A stretch of DNA of 64,000 bases from Sphaerodactylus townsendi. Taxonomy: Eukaryota. Shown here piece after piece: positions 13,091 through 26,062 of this stretch. A program made the position numbers and the translations under genes. Position 1 is the stretch's first letter; each line of letters starts with the position of its first letter. The stretch is from NCBI RefSeq assembly GCF_021028975.2, contig NC_059426.1, positions 70,060,001 to 70,124,000 on the forward strand, written 5' to 3'. The notes under the pieces were generated by a model, which saw only the letters and a program-made list of their open reading frames with translations, ran no database searches and had not been told where the DNA came from.

Positions 13091-14760
13091 ATCATAGAAT
13101 CATACAGTTGGAAGAGACCACAAGGGCCATCAAGTCCAACCCCCTGCAATGCAGGAACACACAATCAAAGCACTCCTGACATATGCTGATCCAGCCTTTG
13201 TTTAAAAACCTCCAAAAAAGGAGACTCCACCATTTCTGAGGCAGTGAATTCCACTGTCGAACAGCCCTGATGGTCAGGAAGTTCTTCCTAATGTTTAGGT
13301 AGTCAGTCAGTCAAGTATTTATTGTTTGAGCCATTGGCTATAACAATACAAAAATACATGCAGTTAAAACAGTAACTTAGTTAAAACAATAATTTAAATT
13401 AAAACAATAATTTAGTTTTACATTAAAATATAAATTATTAGTGTTCGCAATCTCTAAATTAAAATGCCCCATCAAATACGTCAGATGTTTTTGCAGCTTC
13501 TTCAGCTAGTCTAAGTTAGTCTCCAGTACTTTACAACATTAGTTCAAACAGCACTTTAAATACTTTGCTCGTAGTTTCCTAGCCGCCAGGGCAAAGAGAG
13601 CCATCTTGTAAGAAACGTAGGAATCAATATCTGATAATAAGAAAATCAGTTTCTCATCATCGGACAAAAAAGCTGTCCTAGGTAGTATTGGCTCCAAAAA
13701 CCCTTTTCCTTATTTCAGAATATAAAGGACAGGAGAGTATGTAGTGGAAGAGATCCTCAGGCTCTTGTTTTCCACAGATACAAAAGCGCTGAGAAAATGG
13801 TACTCGTGTGTATCTGCCACTAAGCACTGCTGAAGGCATTGATTGAAATCTAATAGAAGTATAAGCTATCGTTAGGTTTCTTGTTAGTGTAGTGGTCAGA
13901 TATGTAGCTCTAATATGATCTCTTTTAAATAGTTTATACCATGGAGCAGTTTTTGTCTGAACTATTAATTGTCTGTTTATTCTGGCATCTTCTCTGTACA
14001 CCCAGTCTCGGAGTTCAGCATTGGATGTTGAAACTCTTAATAGATCATCTGGAATAGTGTACCAAGATCGAATTTTTTCGAAAAAGGTAGAGCGGTTTTT
14101 ATTTTTTGTCATCAGGAGAGTAAAAGACTGATGACCAAAGGTTTCCTTATTGCCTGAGCTGGGTTTTTTTCCAGGCCTTCAAGATTGCAAGATGGGCCCG
14201 TGATTCAATTGATGGTAAACCTAACTCTGCCCTCATTAGTGCAGCCGGTGTTCCCTTTGGCAGCATCAAAATCCGTCTAAAAAAAGGTTCTGAATGGATT
14301 CCAGTGTCTTGAGTATAAGGTCATTCCAGCCCCAAACTTCTATTCCATATAACATATGTGAGATGACTTTACTTTCGAACAGTTTTATAGCTGGATCTAC
14401 AAGACAACCACCTTTTGAGTAATAGAATCTCATAATTGCCCCTATTATTTTTATAGCTGAGATTCTTAAAGTTCCTAAGTGTACTTTCCAATTTAAGGTC
14501 TCACTAAAGTTAATTCCTAGATATTTAAATGAGCTGTAATGTTTAGGTGGAATCTCTTTTCCTTCACCTTGAATCCATTACTCCGTGTCCTAGTCTCTGA
14601 GGAAGCAGAAAACAAGCTTGCTCCCTCTTCAACATGACATCCCTTCAAATATTTAAATATGGTTATCATGTCACCCATTAACCTATGCTTCTCCAGACTA
14701 AACATCCCCAGCTCCCTAAGCCTCTCTTCGTAGGGCATGGATTCCAGACCCTTTACCATG
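13091..14760 (-). mobile_element. CR1 LINE 3' end inserted into Copia gag, itself split by another LINE
   Basis: CR1 tail (atcatagaat = ATTCTATGAT on minus); C-terminal ORF2 PYEERLRELGMFSLEK...FKYLKG...TRSNGFK. Confidence 0.88.
13301..14536 (-). mobile_element. RTE-X-like LINE 3' fragment nested in CR1
   Basis: FKYLG, SGRY...RFCICG...EDLFHYILSCPLY; (GACT)n tail; 12-bp TSD taatgtttaggt at 13289-13300 and 14537-14548. Confidence 0.88.
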
Positions 14761-17700
14761 TTTATCATCTCGTCCATGCTCGGTGAGAGAGAGGCGACAC
14801 TCACTTTAACTTGTAAAACTGCCCACTTGCTGTGGAGAGCGATTCAATATAGATATTCAATGCAACCCCCCCCCCATATGCAAATACTTTTAGAAGACAG
14901 TTATATACTGCTAGAATGTCTTCACATTGTAATCTTGATGACCACATAACTGCAATGCAAAAACTGGTATTTAAGATAAGAGATACTGGCTCTCATTTAA
15001 GTGATGATGAATTTCTGGCAGCATTATTTGCAAGTTTGCCAGCCTGATTTGATAATAAAATATTGGTGCTTGAGGTCAGGGAGCACCTTAGTGTGGATTA
15101 TGCCATAAGCTTCCTGTGAAATGCAGACCTGGCAAAAAATGAAATACATTTGAGAAGAGAGTTTTCCTCTGTGTTAAAGGTTGAAAATAATGCCAAACAG
15201 GAAGTTAAGTGTTTCAGCTGTGGAAAGATGGGGCATTACGCTTCAAACTGTAGATTTACAAAGACAGCCTCATGCTGAACTGCTTGGCCATAAGGATGTA
15301 AATTATGGCAGATAAAAGAGGCTGCCTGAGAAGTGAAGAGGAAAGGGGAAATGAAAATCAGGAAAGGCTTTCCTGGTTACCAACTTTGGTCTTGAGACAA
15401 AAAAACAATTTGTTCCCGCTTGATTTGGGTAGTAGATGATAATAGATATTTCTCTGAAATGGAAAGTTGTGATGAGAGCCTGATACAGGCTAGCGGTGTT
15501 CCTTTTAAAGCTCTTGGCTGCAGTGATGTGAAAATACAGATCAACAGAGTGTAGAGTCAGTTAATTCAATATACATTAATAGATGCCCTGTTCATTCCAA
15601 CTGCGCCAGACAACTTAATATCTGTGTCTAGAATGTTGAAATCTGGATGTGAGATTGTGTTCAAACAGGATGAATGAAAAATTTTTTATAGTGAACTTGA
15701 TGTGGAGTTTGAAACAGAAAAACTGGGACTTTATTTTTACCTGAGAAATATTGAAGACTGTGATGAAGAGCTGTTGCAAGAGGGAGAGTGTCCCCATGTA
15801 AACTGTGTTTATGCATGGAATGTGAAATTGGGATATAGAAGTTTTTAAGCTATTAGACAACATATTAAGAATTGTGGCATCCACATGGTTGAATGTGATC
15901 AAAGTAATTGAAAATGTGACTTTTGTCTGAAAGGGAAAGCAACTTCTCCCAGACATTCCAGAAATTATACAACCATGCAGACCAGTATTTTAGAATGAGT
16001 GTGCAGTGATCTTGTTGGGTCTCTGGCACCATCTTATGGTGGGGCCAGGTATATACTCAACTTTGTTGATAGCTGCAGTAGATTTTCTGTTGTCTACATG
16101 ATTAAGTTGAAGGATGAAGTCCCACAGAAGTTTAATAATTATTTGGCTACTGTCAAGAATAAATTTGGCAAGGCACCTGAAATCCTCTTCACTGACAATG
16201 GAAGTGAATACTCCAGCAATGACTTTCAGAAATATTTGGGAAGTGAAGTAATTGTAAATGCATGATCTGTGAAGTATACACCCTCCCATAACAGATTGGG
16301 AGAATGATTTAACTGAACTATTCTTGAGACTGCATGCTGTTTACTGATGCAAGCAGAGTTGCCAAACCCCTGCTGGGGAGAAGCAGTAAACATTGCCAAA
16401 TATCTATGCAACTGCAGCCTGTGCAAAACAGGGAAAAGCCCTTATGAATTATGTTATAACCACATTCAAAGGGTTATCGTATGAGACTGACACTGTTGAA
16501 ATTTTGGATGCAGGTTACCTGGATGAAAGCAATGTCCCGAAGGTCCCTGACCAAACAGCCTGTGAAGCGCAAGCACCTGGTCAAGGGGCTAAGGACACCA
16601 CCTTCTCAGAATTGGTATGTGAAGCATCTGTTGTACCCAGAGTGCATCTGGAAGCTATCCAGTCAGAAGGGGCAACAGAACAGACCAGGCCAGATGAAGG
16701 AGAGGACTCATCCACTGAGAGATGATCACAGAGAGCCAACAAAGGTCTTAAGCCAAAGAAATGTAATGACTACATATGCTATGCAAATGCACAATCTGAA
16801 ACAGCCCACAAGATGGAATGAAATGATGGAGTTACCCACACCTGAGAAAAACAAGTGGAAGCCATCAGAACATTGTTAAACATCGCAACATCATCACAAC
16901 ATCAAGAAAGATGTACGTGGAGCATCTGGATATCAAAACTGCATTTCTCAATGGAGAACTATCAGAGGAAATCTACATGGAATTTCCACAAGGGATTCCA
17001 CAACCCCAAAATGAACAATTTGTGTGCAAACTTCAGAAAAGCCTGTATGGCTTAAAGCAAGCAGCTAGATCATGGAATGAAACTCTAGCAGCTTTACTAA
17101 AGGGTCAAGGATTTCAGCAAGGACAAGCTGAGCCATGCTTGTTCTCAAAGATGAAAGATGGACAGTATCAATATGTGCTCACCTTCATGGATGACCTGCT
17201 AGTGTGCTGCCAGAACCATGAGGATGCAGCAGAAATCGCCAATACATTGAACCAATCTGTGGAAGTCAAGCAGCTGGGAGAAGCACAACTCAGATATGAA
17301 AGAGTTAATACTTGGGAATACAAATAGAGAGGACCCAAGATGGAGGATTTCTTCTCAGCCGGAAACCCAAGATAGTGGACTTTATAGAATCTTGAATATG
17401 AAAGATGTCAAAGGAGCAAGCACACCAATGGAACCTGAGTATTTGAATCTCCTAAATGGAGAGACAATGAGGCGTGAAGCGGCTGCTGACCTCACCCATC
17501 ATGGCCGCTGGAGCAGTTCATCCCTCCCAAAATGGCCGCCGCTACTGCGGGAGATCGTTTGGCAGGCGCCGTTTGAGGACGGCTCCGTGGCGGCTGTTCG
17601 CACGAGTGCGCCGTCGATGCGTCACATGGGGAAAAAGAGTGGTTTAAAGCGTTTTCTGAATACGCCGCTATGGCGGTTCTTTTCCAATGAAAAACAATCA

Positions 17701-18622
17701 TCAGTACAGAGAAGCAATTGGAAGGCTCCTATATCTGAGCACAGTTACAAGGCCAGACATATCAGCAGCTGCGCAAAAAGAAGAATTCACCTAATCACCA
17801 TGATTGGAACGCTGTCAAAAGAGTGGCCAAATACCTCATCAAAACTATACACTTAAAACTAGAAATTTCACCCTGCAAGAACCCACAACTGGTAGGATAT
17901 ATGGATGCAGGCTGGGGTGAAGATAAAGTGGATTACAAATCTACAAGTGGACATGTTTTCTTTTATGGAAACAACTTGGTAAGTTGGACTACTCAAAAGC
18001 AGGCTGTGGTTGCCAGATCAACCGCAGAATCTGAATGCATCTCTGCCTGTGGGGCATGCAAATGAACCTAAGCCCAGCACCCTGTATAAGGACAACCAAG
18101 CCTGCATCGTTCTAGTGAAGAGTGAAAGAATCAAGAAAGGAAACAAGCATATTGCAATCAAGATTGCTTCAGTGAGAGATATGTTGCAGAAGGGACTAAT
18201 TGAAGTCAAGTACTGCCCTTCAGAACAAGTGGTGGCTGACATCTTTATCAAGCTACTAACCAAGATGAAATTTGAGAATCTTCGTGAATGTTTATGTTTG
18301 CATGTCTTGTGTGACTGACACTTGAGAAGGGGTGTGTTGGTATTTTGCAAGAGTCTGCCACAGACATGAAAGAGTTAACTATGTGTATGTAAACTAGCTA
18401 CTGAGGTCATGGTTTTATGGCCAGTGTATTGATTAAGCCATTGGTCAGTTAGTCTAGCATAGCTAACATAGCCAGAGATTATAAAGTACAGTCTGTTCCT
18501 TTGTTAGTGACCATGATTTCTTAGAAAGCATGTAAGAAGGAGCTATGATATGACCAGATGAGGTAGTCACCATGTAACCAATATAGTGCTAGAATAGAAG
18601 GGGGTTTTTATTTTCTTTCCAT

Positions 18623-19030
18623 GGCTCTTTCCGCACTGCGGAAAGGGTGCTTCCCCACCGGCAGGAATTCTGCCGGTGGAGGGGTGGGGGCCGTTCGCAC
18701 AAGAGCGTGTGAGCAGCCCCCAAAGAGGCCAGCACAAGAGAGGTGGCTCCACACAGAGCCGCCTCTTCCCCGTCCCTCTCCCACTCACCTCGTTGCCTCC
18801 GTCGCCCTGCTGGCCTCCTAAGACCCGCCCATGCTGCCCTCTGACCTCCAGGGGTCGGAGGACAGCGAGGGAGGGTTTTAGGAGGCCAGCAGGGCGATGG
18901 AGGCGACGAGGTGAGTGGGAGAGGGACGGGGAAAACAGCACATTCCCGGCGGTGCCATTTGCACAGCGCCGCCGGGAATGCGCTGTTTACCAAAAACCTC
19001 CCTCCGTTTATGGCCCGTGCAGAAAGGGCC
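18623..19030. mobile_element. Harbinger/PIF-like non-autonomous DNA transposon inserted in the Copia LTR
   Basis: 14-bp TIR ggctctttccgcac / gtgcagaaagggcc, 3-bp TSD CAT, internal GC-rich palindrome (about 18770-18930). Confidence 0.8.
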
Positions 19031-20609
19031 CATGTAACCCGCCCTAAATAGCTAGTAAATTCATTTATATAAACGGCAACTATGTATTGGTCTCTATTTT
19101 CTACTCTGCTAATATATTAAGAATTTATGCCAACACTTTTTTCTACCCCTTTCCTTCTCTTTGCTACCAGAAAGAAATTCCTACTAAGCTCTGGAAAGTT
19201 TAGGTCTCAAGAAACAACTATGCTACACAAAGGACTTCAGAAGTGGTTAGCTTTGTTATTTTCTGTGCATCCTGTCATTGCCAAACTGTTTTAAAACTGC
19301 TTTTCTATCTTTATATAATAAACCTCTATTTTGCTCATAACTGGTGTACGTTTACTGATCAAACCCAGAAGTGCTTGAATGAATAATTGTACAGCTGCAG
19401 GCCTGTTGCCACTGCTGCTTTGGAGGCTTCATAAGAATGGAAAAGCAGGATACAAATTTTAAAACTAAACAAACAAAACTTCCTTAATCTGATGCTGGAC
19501 TTCTTTTATTGCTTATAGTAAGAATGCAAGTTACAATTTGAAAATAAGGCTTTGAATATGCTTCGTTCTTAAAAATGTAGCTACAGTTCAAACTGTAGAA
19601 ATCAATGAAAAAAGTTATCCATTACTTTCATAAGTCTCTTGACTTTCAAAGAAATTAGGTACAATTAACTTACTCTGGAGTAGGGCAGCCCTATTGAACT
19701 TTTTGAGCAAATGAGTTTCTGTTATTTTGGGCAAGTCCATAATGTCTCAGACATCCTTATCCCAAGATACCATCTTTCTCTTGATGTCATTATTTCTCCT
19801 GTGGCAAGAAGCAGACTTTGTACTTTTCTCTCATGAGATGAATAATAATTTAAACATTTACTACAGAATAGTCATGCATGCCTTTTTCTTGACACCAAGT
19901 ACGTTATTCATACTACTGCTACTGTGTCAATCCAGACTACAAGAGTAACAAAAAAGGTAAGTGATTACTGTTTACTTGATCAGTATTCTGTGAACAAACA
20001 GTTGGAGATCTGAATCTATAGTCACATTCTGCCATGAACTCTGTAGAAGTCTTGCATCTTTCCCTTCCACAATATTTGTAAAATGGGACCTTGTGGATGT
20101 ACTGTGGTTTGTGGGTAGCAATAGAAGTCATAACATTTGTGCAATATATTGGAATTATAACCTCATATTAAATTAATTTAATTCTTCAAATGGCAGATAC
20201 TAGTAGATACATATCTTAAAGTAAAATATCTAACAGTAATATAAAATGGATAATCTTGGTGATTTTGTTATAGGCTAATTGCACTCCCAGTAAGTAAACA
20301 TAGAGATAGCACATTATATTTATATAAATGTTTGAGTCCATAATTTCTTTCTTTGAATTTCCTGACTAATGACTAATGGCTTAGATCCAAGTCTTCAATA
20401 CTTGTTATGAAATGATTAAATAACTATTTATTTTATATAAAATTTAATATTTTCAGAAATGTGTTGTTGATTTATAATGAAGGCTTACACATATTCTACT
20501 ATTATTGCTGCTTTTCTAAAAATAGTCAAAGCAATCAAAACACACTTCAAAATGTCTTTAAATGAGTGCGGAATTCCCTCCTCTTCCTCCTCCGCTTCTG
20601 GGTCTATTG

Positions 20610-20756
20610 CAGGGGTAGGGAACCTGCGGCTCTCCAGATGTTCAGGAACTACAATTCCCATCAGCCCCTACCAGCATGGCCATTGGCCATGCTGACAGAG
20701 GCTGATGGGAATTGTAGTTCCTGAACATCTGGAGAGCTGCAGGTTCCCTACCCCTG
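20610..20756. mobile_element. hAT-type palindromic MITE (147 bp)
   Basis: Near-perfect foldback starting CAGGGGTAGGGAACC; exact 8-bp TSD gtctattg. Half-copy at about 45462-45548. Confidence 0.9.
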
Positions 20757-21831
20757 GTCTATTGAGTCTCTAGCACACAAGCTCCTAAAAACACATGTTT
20801 TTATTGGGACCTAAAATAAAGTTATATTATTCCTCTTCTAACTGATTGGACTAGTATCTCTGTGTCTGAGTTAATACCCTATTTATTAAGTGACAGTGAT
20901 CTAAAGTTACATTTGCAGCAGCAAAATTTACCTCAGTCCTTATATCTTTTAAATAATAGGTTTAGAATTATGCTGCTCAAGATTTATGAATCAAAGAGCT
21001 TCTTAGAAAGGAAAGAAAAAAAGTCCAGATATACACAAATCTATTTCAACTAGCATGTATATAGACTTCATTTTTCAACTCACATAATCTGACCAAGGTT
21101 ATTAATTACTACAATATACTATCCTCGGGGGTTCCTTGAAAGACAATAAGGAAGTTTCAGTTCGGTTGAAACTCAGCAACTTGTTCACTAACCAGCACAT
21201 TCAATTTCTGTCATATAATACCTCTACTGGAATAATTGAATTGGTTGACAATAGGTAGGGTAGGGTGTACATTCTGCAAATGCCAAACAAAAAACTTCCT
21301 GAAAAATACCTTAACAGTATTTTTGCTCCAGGTTTTTTTGGGGGAGTTCTGAATATTTGAGGGAGGTTTTTTTTACTCACAGTAATTTAAAGAGAGCCAA
21401 AAAGGGGATCCTAGGCCATGCTGATTTTTTTCAGCATGATTCAAGTCTCTGAAGGGAATAACCATTTTGTTTGTATATTGCTATGCCCAAAGAGACTCCA
21501 TTTTGATTCCTGGAAAAGCTTGCAGAAATACCTTGTTTTGTCTCTCTTGTTTCTCAAATATTTTAAAAGCAGATGTTTGCAGACAGAGTTAGACATTACC
21601 ACCACTAAGATTAGATTCCTCATTATGGGCATGAAATCATATGGGTCCAACCCATCAGCTAAAGCCCTAAATGAAAAATTTCAAAAGGTTAGGTAAATTG
21701 CTTACTTTGCAGAGAGTTCTCACCAGTTTATGCCATAAATTAATCTCATCAAAGTTAGCGGCCATCTTTCCTTTGTCTGTCATCTACTTCACCTCTGCTT
21801 TGCTTGAAGAACTTTGCCTATGCACTGCGGA

Positions 21832-23214
21832 TGTAACCTCAGCTTGTGGGTTCTGTGGGGCAGTACTTGGAATGAGTTGCAACAACAATTTTTAAACAAC
21901 AAAATGGTTTACTTTTCTTTACAATTAACACTTTTAAAACATCAACATTTAACGTTACAATTCAAGGGCCTGTTCAGGTTGCATTTCAAGTCCTTCTATT
22001 TACAGTCTACTGATATTGCCAAGTCCAATTTCTTCTTGCAAGTTGGCTGGCTCCTGAAGACTCCAAGGGCTTGATGAACAGGTTGCAACATGATGAAGGT
22101 TTCCAGGAGAACTCTCACCCATTACAACCACAAAAGAAAACCCTTAACAAGGTGTTAAGGGCTTATAGAAATCAAGGTCCGAGTCTGGTAGCCTTGCTTC
22201 TTCTGCAAAAGAGCTCTTGCAGCCTCTCTGCTGCTCCGAGTCTCCACCCCTTACTGGGTCAACCCATTCTGGGCCAACCCATTCTGGGCATGGGGGTTAC
22301 ATTCTCCCCCACTAAAATTCTGTGCGTCCGACAGTAATTTGCACAACTTTTGAAATCATTACTGTGAGATTTCCCCAGAGATTCCTGTACTTGGAGGAAC
22401 CACATTTGGTGCATCTGAATGCAGAACATTGTCTTTCCCTTGCAAGGATTTCCAACTGTTCCAAACTTAGCTGCACTGGAAGTTTGCAAAACTTTCCAGC
22501 AAATGTTAGATTCAGCCAATTAGTTTGCAGAAGGGATGGGGGGTTGCAACTGGAATCCCCTCCTTCATGCAACTGCCAAACAGAATCATGTGCTTCAAAT
22601 TCACATAGCAACATCTCTTGAACTTACATCAAATAACAAAACAGTTATATGGGGATCAAACCCCAACTTGCTGCACACTTCCATTGCAAGCAATTTATAT
22701 TTGCAATCTCACTTCCAAATTGAAGCCATTTGTAACCTCAGCTTGTGGGTTCTGTGGGGCAGTACTTGGAATGAGTTGCAACAACAATTTTAACCAAACA
22801 ACAAAAAAATTGTTTACTTTTCTTTACAATTAACACTTTTAAAACATCAACATTTAACGTTACAATTCAAGGGCCTGTTCAGGTTGCATTTCAAGTCCTT
22901 CTATTTACAGTCTACTGATATTGCCAAGTCCAATTTCTTCTTGCAAGTTGGCTGGCTCACAGAAGAGAACTCAAAGGGCTTGATGACAAAAAAGGTTGCA
23001 ACATGATGAAGGTTTCCAGGAGAACTCTCACCCATTACAACCACAAAAGAAAACCCTTAACAAGGTGTTAAGGGCTTATAGAAATCAAGGTCCGAGTCTG
23101 GTAGCCTTGCTTCTTCTGCAAAAGAGCTCTTGCAGCCTCTCTGCTGCTCCGAGTCTCCACCCCTTACTGGGTCAACCCATTCTGGGCCAACCCATTCTGG
23201 GCATGGGGGTTACA
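21832..23214 (-). mobile_element. Short non-autonomous LTR retroelement (TRIM-like): LTR 21832-22301, 429-bp internal region, LTR 22731-23214
   Basis: Two near-identical direct repeats with TGTAACC...GGTTACA ends; 4-bp TSD CGGA around the whole unit; minus-strand PPT agtgggggagaa adjoining the left LTR; TGG-initiated PBS-like site adjoining the right LTR. Confidence 0.88.
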
Positions 23215-24119
23215 CGGACTTCTATTATATTTTCTAGCCAGCATTTCTTTTAGTAAGTGTACTTTATTGTTTTATTGTGTATCTGGAAATGCACCTTATG
23301 ATTTTGTATTCACTGCACATTCTTTTTAAAGTTACTACTTTACAACCTTTCTTTTAAATAAAAAAATGAAAACAATTGCTTTGTGTTTTTTTGAGTACTG
23401 GTTCAGAACCCAGGGTTTGGAATAGTTACCACCCCAAAGGCCTGGACGGATCTTTGACAAGGCTGCTTTGCACTCACCACCATTTTTTTTTAAAAAAGGA
23501 TCCCTTCCTCATGTACATGCTTGTCAGCTCCACTGCCCCACCCTCTGAACCCCATATGGAACTCTGAGTCCAGGACAGGCACAGAGCTATGAGCCTGGCT
23601 CAGCCGTGCCAAGATGGTCTTGCAGCTCTGTGTTGAGCTCCACTGTTCTGGCCTTTGAGTCCCACATGAACAATGTCACACTAGATATAACAAAAATAAG
23701 TAATCTAAATAACCAACCAGTAACTGCACCTGAGAACCCTTGGATTTAATTACATGAACAAAAACTGTAGATTATATATGAGCCAATGATTGTGGTAAAA
23801 AAACCATGATTTTTTTTCTACATGACAGCACTGGGCCACACATGAGAGAAGGTATACATTATAATTAATAATTGACCTCAAAAATTCAGCTACATAACAG
23901 TAGGAGTTATAATTAATTAGGTGTTTTCTTTTTTTGTTTTCTTCTTTCCTTTTTTAGGTTTTGCATTTTTAGATAATTATATTTAATATTTTTACTTCTG
24001 GATGTTGTTTTTATAATAATGTTTGTATGATCACTGAGGAAGGCTAAATCAGCCAAAATGTACCTGGTCCTTTGTTGGTCACTGATATGTGTTAACGGTA
24101 GTATTTTGAATTTACGGAC

Positions 24120-24830
24120 TGTTAAGCTATAACCTGATAATATATATATATTAGTTTCCAGCTCAACTTTTGTGGTTCCCTGTATTGTCTTGGTTGAATC
24201 TTTGTTTCCCACCTTTTCTTTTTGCTTGATATATATCCTAAATCAATGCCTGCCAAGATTTTCTTAACCTTATCTGATGCTATCAGCTTCTCATTATGGG
24301 GGAAAAGAGTAGTGATCCACAAATCCCTAATATTACAAAAGATACCACATTCCAGTAAGCAGTGCTCCAAAGTTTCTATCTGTCCAGAAGCACAGACACA
24401 AAACTTATCAGAATATGCAGTCCTTTGCATTGAACTTTGCATTACTTGTGAAGGGACAGTTAATCTTGAAAGCATAAAAACTCTCTTGTATTGAGAAACA
24501 GATAAAAAAATCTATATATAATAAAAGTGCCTTTGGGTAAAATAATCCTGTGAATAAACGTGAGCATATCCTAAGGTTTGTCTTTGTGGTGCTGATAAAG
24601 ACCAAGCTGTACAGACATTTAGTCACTGCAGAGCTCACTGCTGATATTTCCAGTATCTCCAACTCAGTTCTGCTAAAGCTGAGCTGTTGGAGTCTAGTTT
24701 CCATTATTTTCCTCTATGTGGTAGATAGAGGCATTCATTAGCTTCTGTAACAAATAAAATTTTCAGCCAAAGCCAGAAGGCCCTCACCCATGCTCATGCT
24801 CCCAGAGACTGTGAACCTAGTTAACCATGC
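24120..24830 (-). mobile_element. RTE-X-like LINE 3' fragment
   Basis: LSRLTVPS...FCVCASGQIETLEHCLLEC, the same C-terminal motif as the 5767 and 13301 LINEs. Confidence 0.72.
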
Positions 24831-24906
24831 AACTTGGCATCCCTGTGATCTTCTGCAAAAATAATGACAAAAGGGAATCTAGTGTCTCTCTCTACAGGCC
24901 TCAGTC

Positions 24907-25195
24907 CAGTGGTGGGATTCAGCAGGTTCACACCACTGCAGCAGAACTGGTTGTTAAAATGGTGCTTGTAAACAACCAGTTGGTAAATTGGTTGTGGTGG
25001 GTTTTCCGGGCTGTGTGGCCGTGGTCTGGTAGATCTTGTTTCTAACGTTTCGCCTGCATCTGTGGCTGGCATTAGGAACAAGATCTACCAGACCATGGCC
25101 ACACAGCCCAGAAAACCCTTCATAACCAGTTGAATCCGGCTGTGAAAGCCTTCGACACTACATGAAATTGTTAAATTATTTGAATCCCATCACTG
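24907..25195. mobile_element. hAT-type MITE containing a miniature Penelope insertion
   Basis: TIR cagtggtgggattca / tgaatcccatcactg; 8-bp TSD cctcagtc at 24899-24906 and 25196-25203. Confidence 0.85.
24989..25162. mobile_element. Miniature Penelope pLTR remnant, inverted (hairpin) configuration
   Basis: Homologous to the 42020-42136 pLTR in both orientations; ends with gaaagccttcgacactaca, like the PLE 3' end. Confidence 0.8.
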
Positions 25196-25292
25196 CCTCA
25201 GTCTATATCATAGAGAAGCAGACCACCTACTTTCGCATTAAAAACTGGTCACCTTTGCTGGAACAAACCATATTGTGGCATTTGTTACAACT

Positions 25293-25605
25293 AAGAAGAA
25301 GAAGAAGAAGAGTTTGGATTTATATCCCCCCTTTCTCTCCTGTAGGAGACTCAAAGGGGCTTACAATCTCCTTGCCCTTCCCCCCCTCACAACAAACACC
25401 CTGTGAGGTGGGTGGGGCTGAGAGAACTCCGAGAAGCTGTGACTAGCCCAAGATCACCCAGCTGGCGTGTGTGGGAGTGACCAGGCTAATCTGAATTCCC
25501 CAGATAAGCCTCCACAACTCAAGCGGCAGAGCGGGGAATCAAACCCGGTTCCTCCAGATCAGAGTGCACCTGCTCTTAGCCACTTAGCCACTACACCACT
25601 GCTGC
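25293..25605 (-). mobile_element. tRNA/CORE SINE, (CTT)n tail (resembles squamate Squam3-type)
   Basis: tRNA-like head with B-box-like ggtttgattcc, CORE-like gctgggtgatcttgggctagtcac, CTT tail; multiple copies in the window. Confidence 0.88.
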
Positions 25606-26062
25606 AGTGTCATGTGTGTTCTTTAGATGTGTGCACTTTAGATGTGTGCACTGCTGCAGTGTCATGTGTGTTCTTTAGATGGTTCCTCCAGGTCAAATTA
25701 GCTCATTCATTCTAAATTATCTTGCCGTGACAAAAAGTCTTCAAAAATCCTCAAAAAGCATATATATTCAGGTTTTGGTAATATGTGCATTTTTTATACT
25801 TAACAGCATGATCCATGATCCTGTTGAATCATCCCTACCCCAATCATGCACACTGCACCAGAATATGCAGTTCTGTCCCACTATCACTCCTTGTCTGCAG
25901 AAAGCTGGCTGCATGGGAAAGTTGCCTGCAGGCCACATACTGGATTGTTTCTTAAGCTATTAATCAATACATGTGTATTCAGTGACAGCCCTTCTTTAAA
26001 ACAGCTACTTTGTCTTCTCTGTGTTTCAGATATTTCAAATGGCCATTTTTGTTGGCAAGAAC

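Larger units (their letters stand above)
12955..19135 (+). mobile_element. Decayed Ty1/Copia LTR retrotransposon (gag-PR-IN-RT-RH, 3' LTR only), carrying nested insertions
   Basis: gag remnants (WKTLVK...DERRA|FIISSML...LW); zinc knuckle CFSCGKMGHYASNC; integrase SDLVG...FVD...TDNGSEY; RT LDIKTAFLNG, KSLYGLKQAARSW, FMDDLL; RNase H YMDAGW, KSTSG, ADIFIK. Order IN before RT. PPT gagaaggggtg; LTR 18335-19135 with TGTTGG...CCAACA ends. No 5' LTR visible. Confidence 0.9.

Noticed and set aside
21832-23214. Simple tandem duplication or assembly error
   Set aside because: TG...CA ends, PPT and a flanking 4-bp TSD identify an LTR element.
25604-25680. Repeat-spacer (CRISPR-like) pattern; also 27866-27912
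   Set aside because: Only short local slippage duplications in a eukaryotic context; no array and no cas genes.
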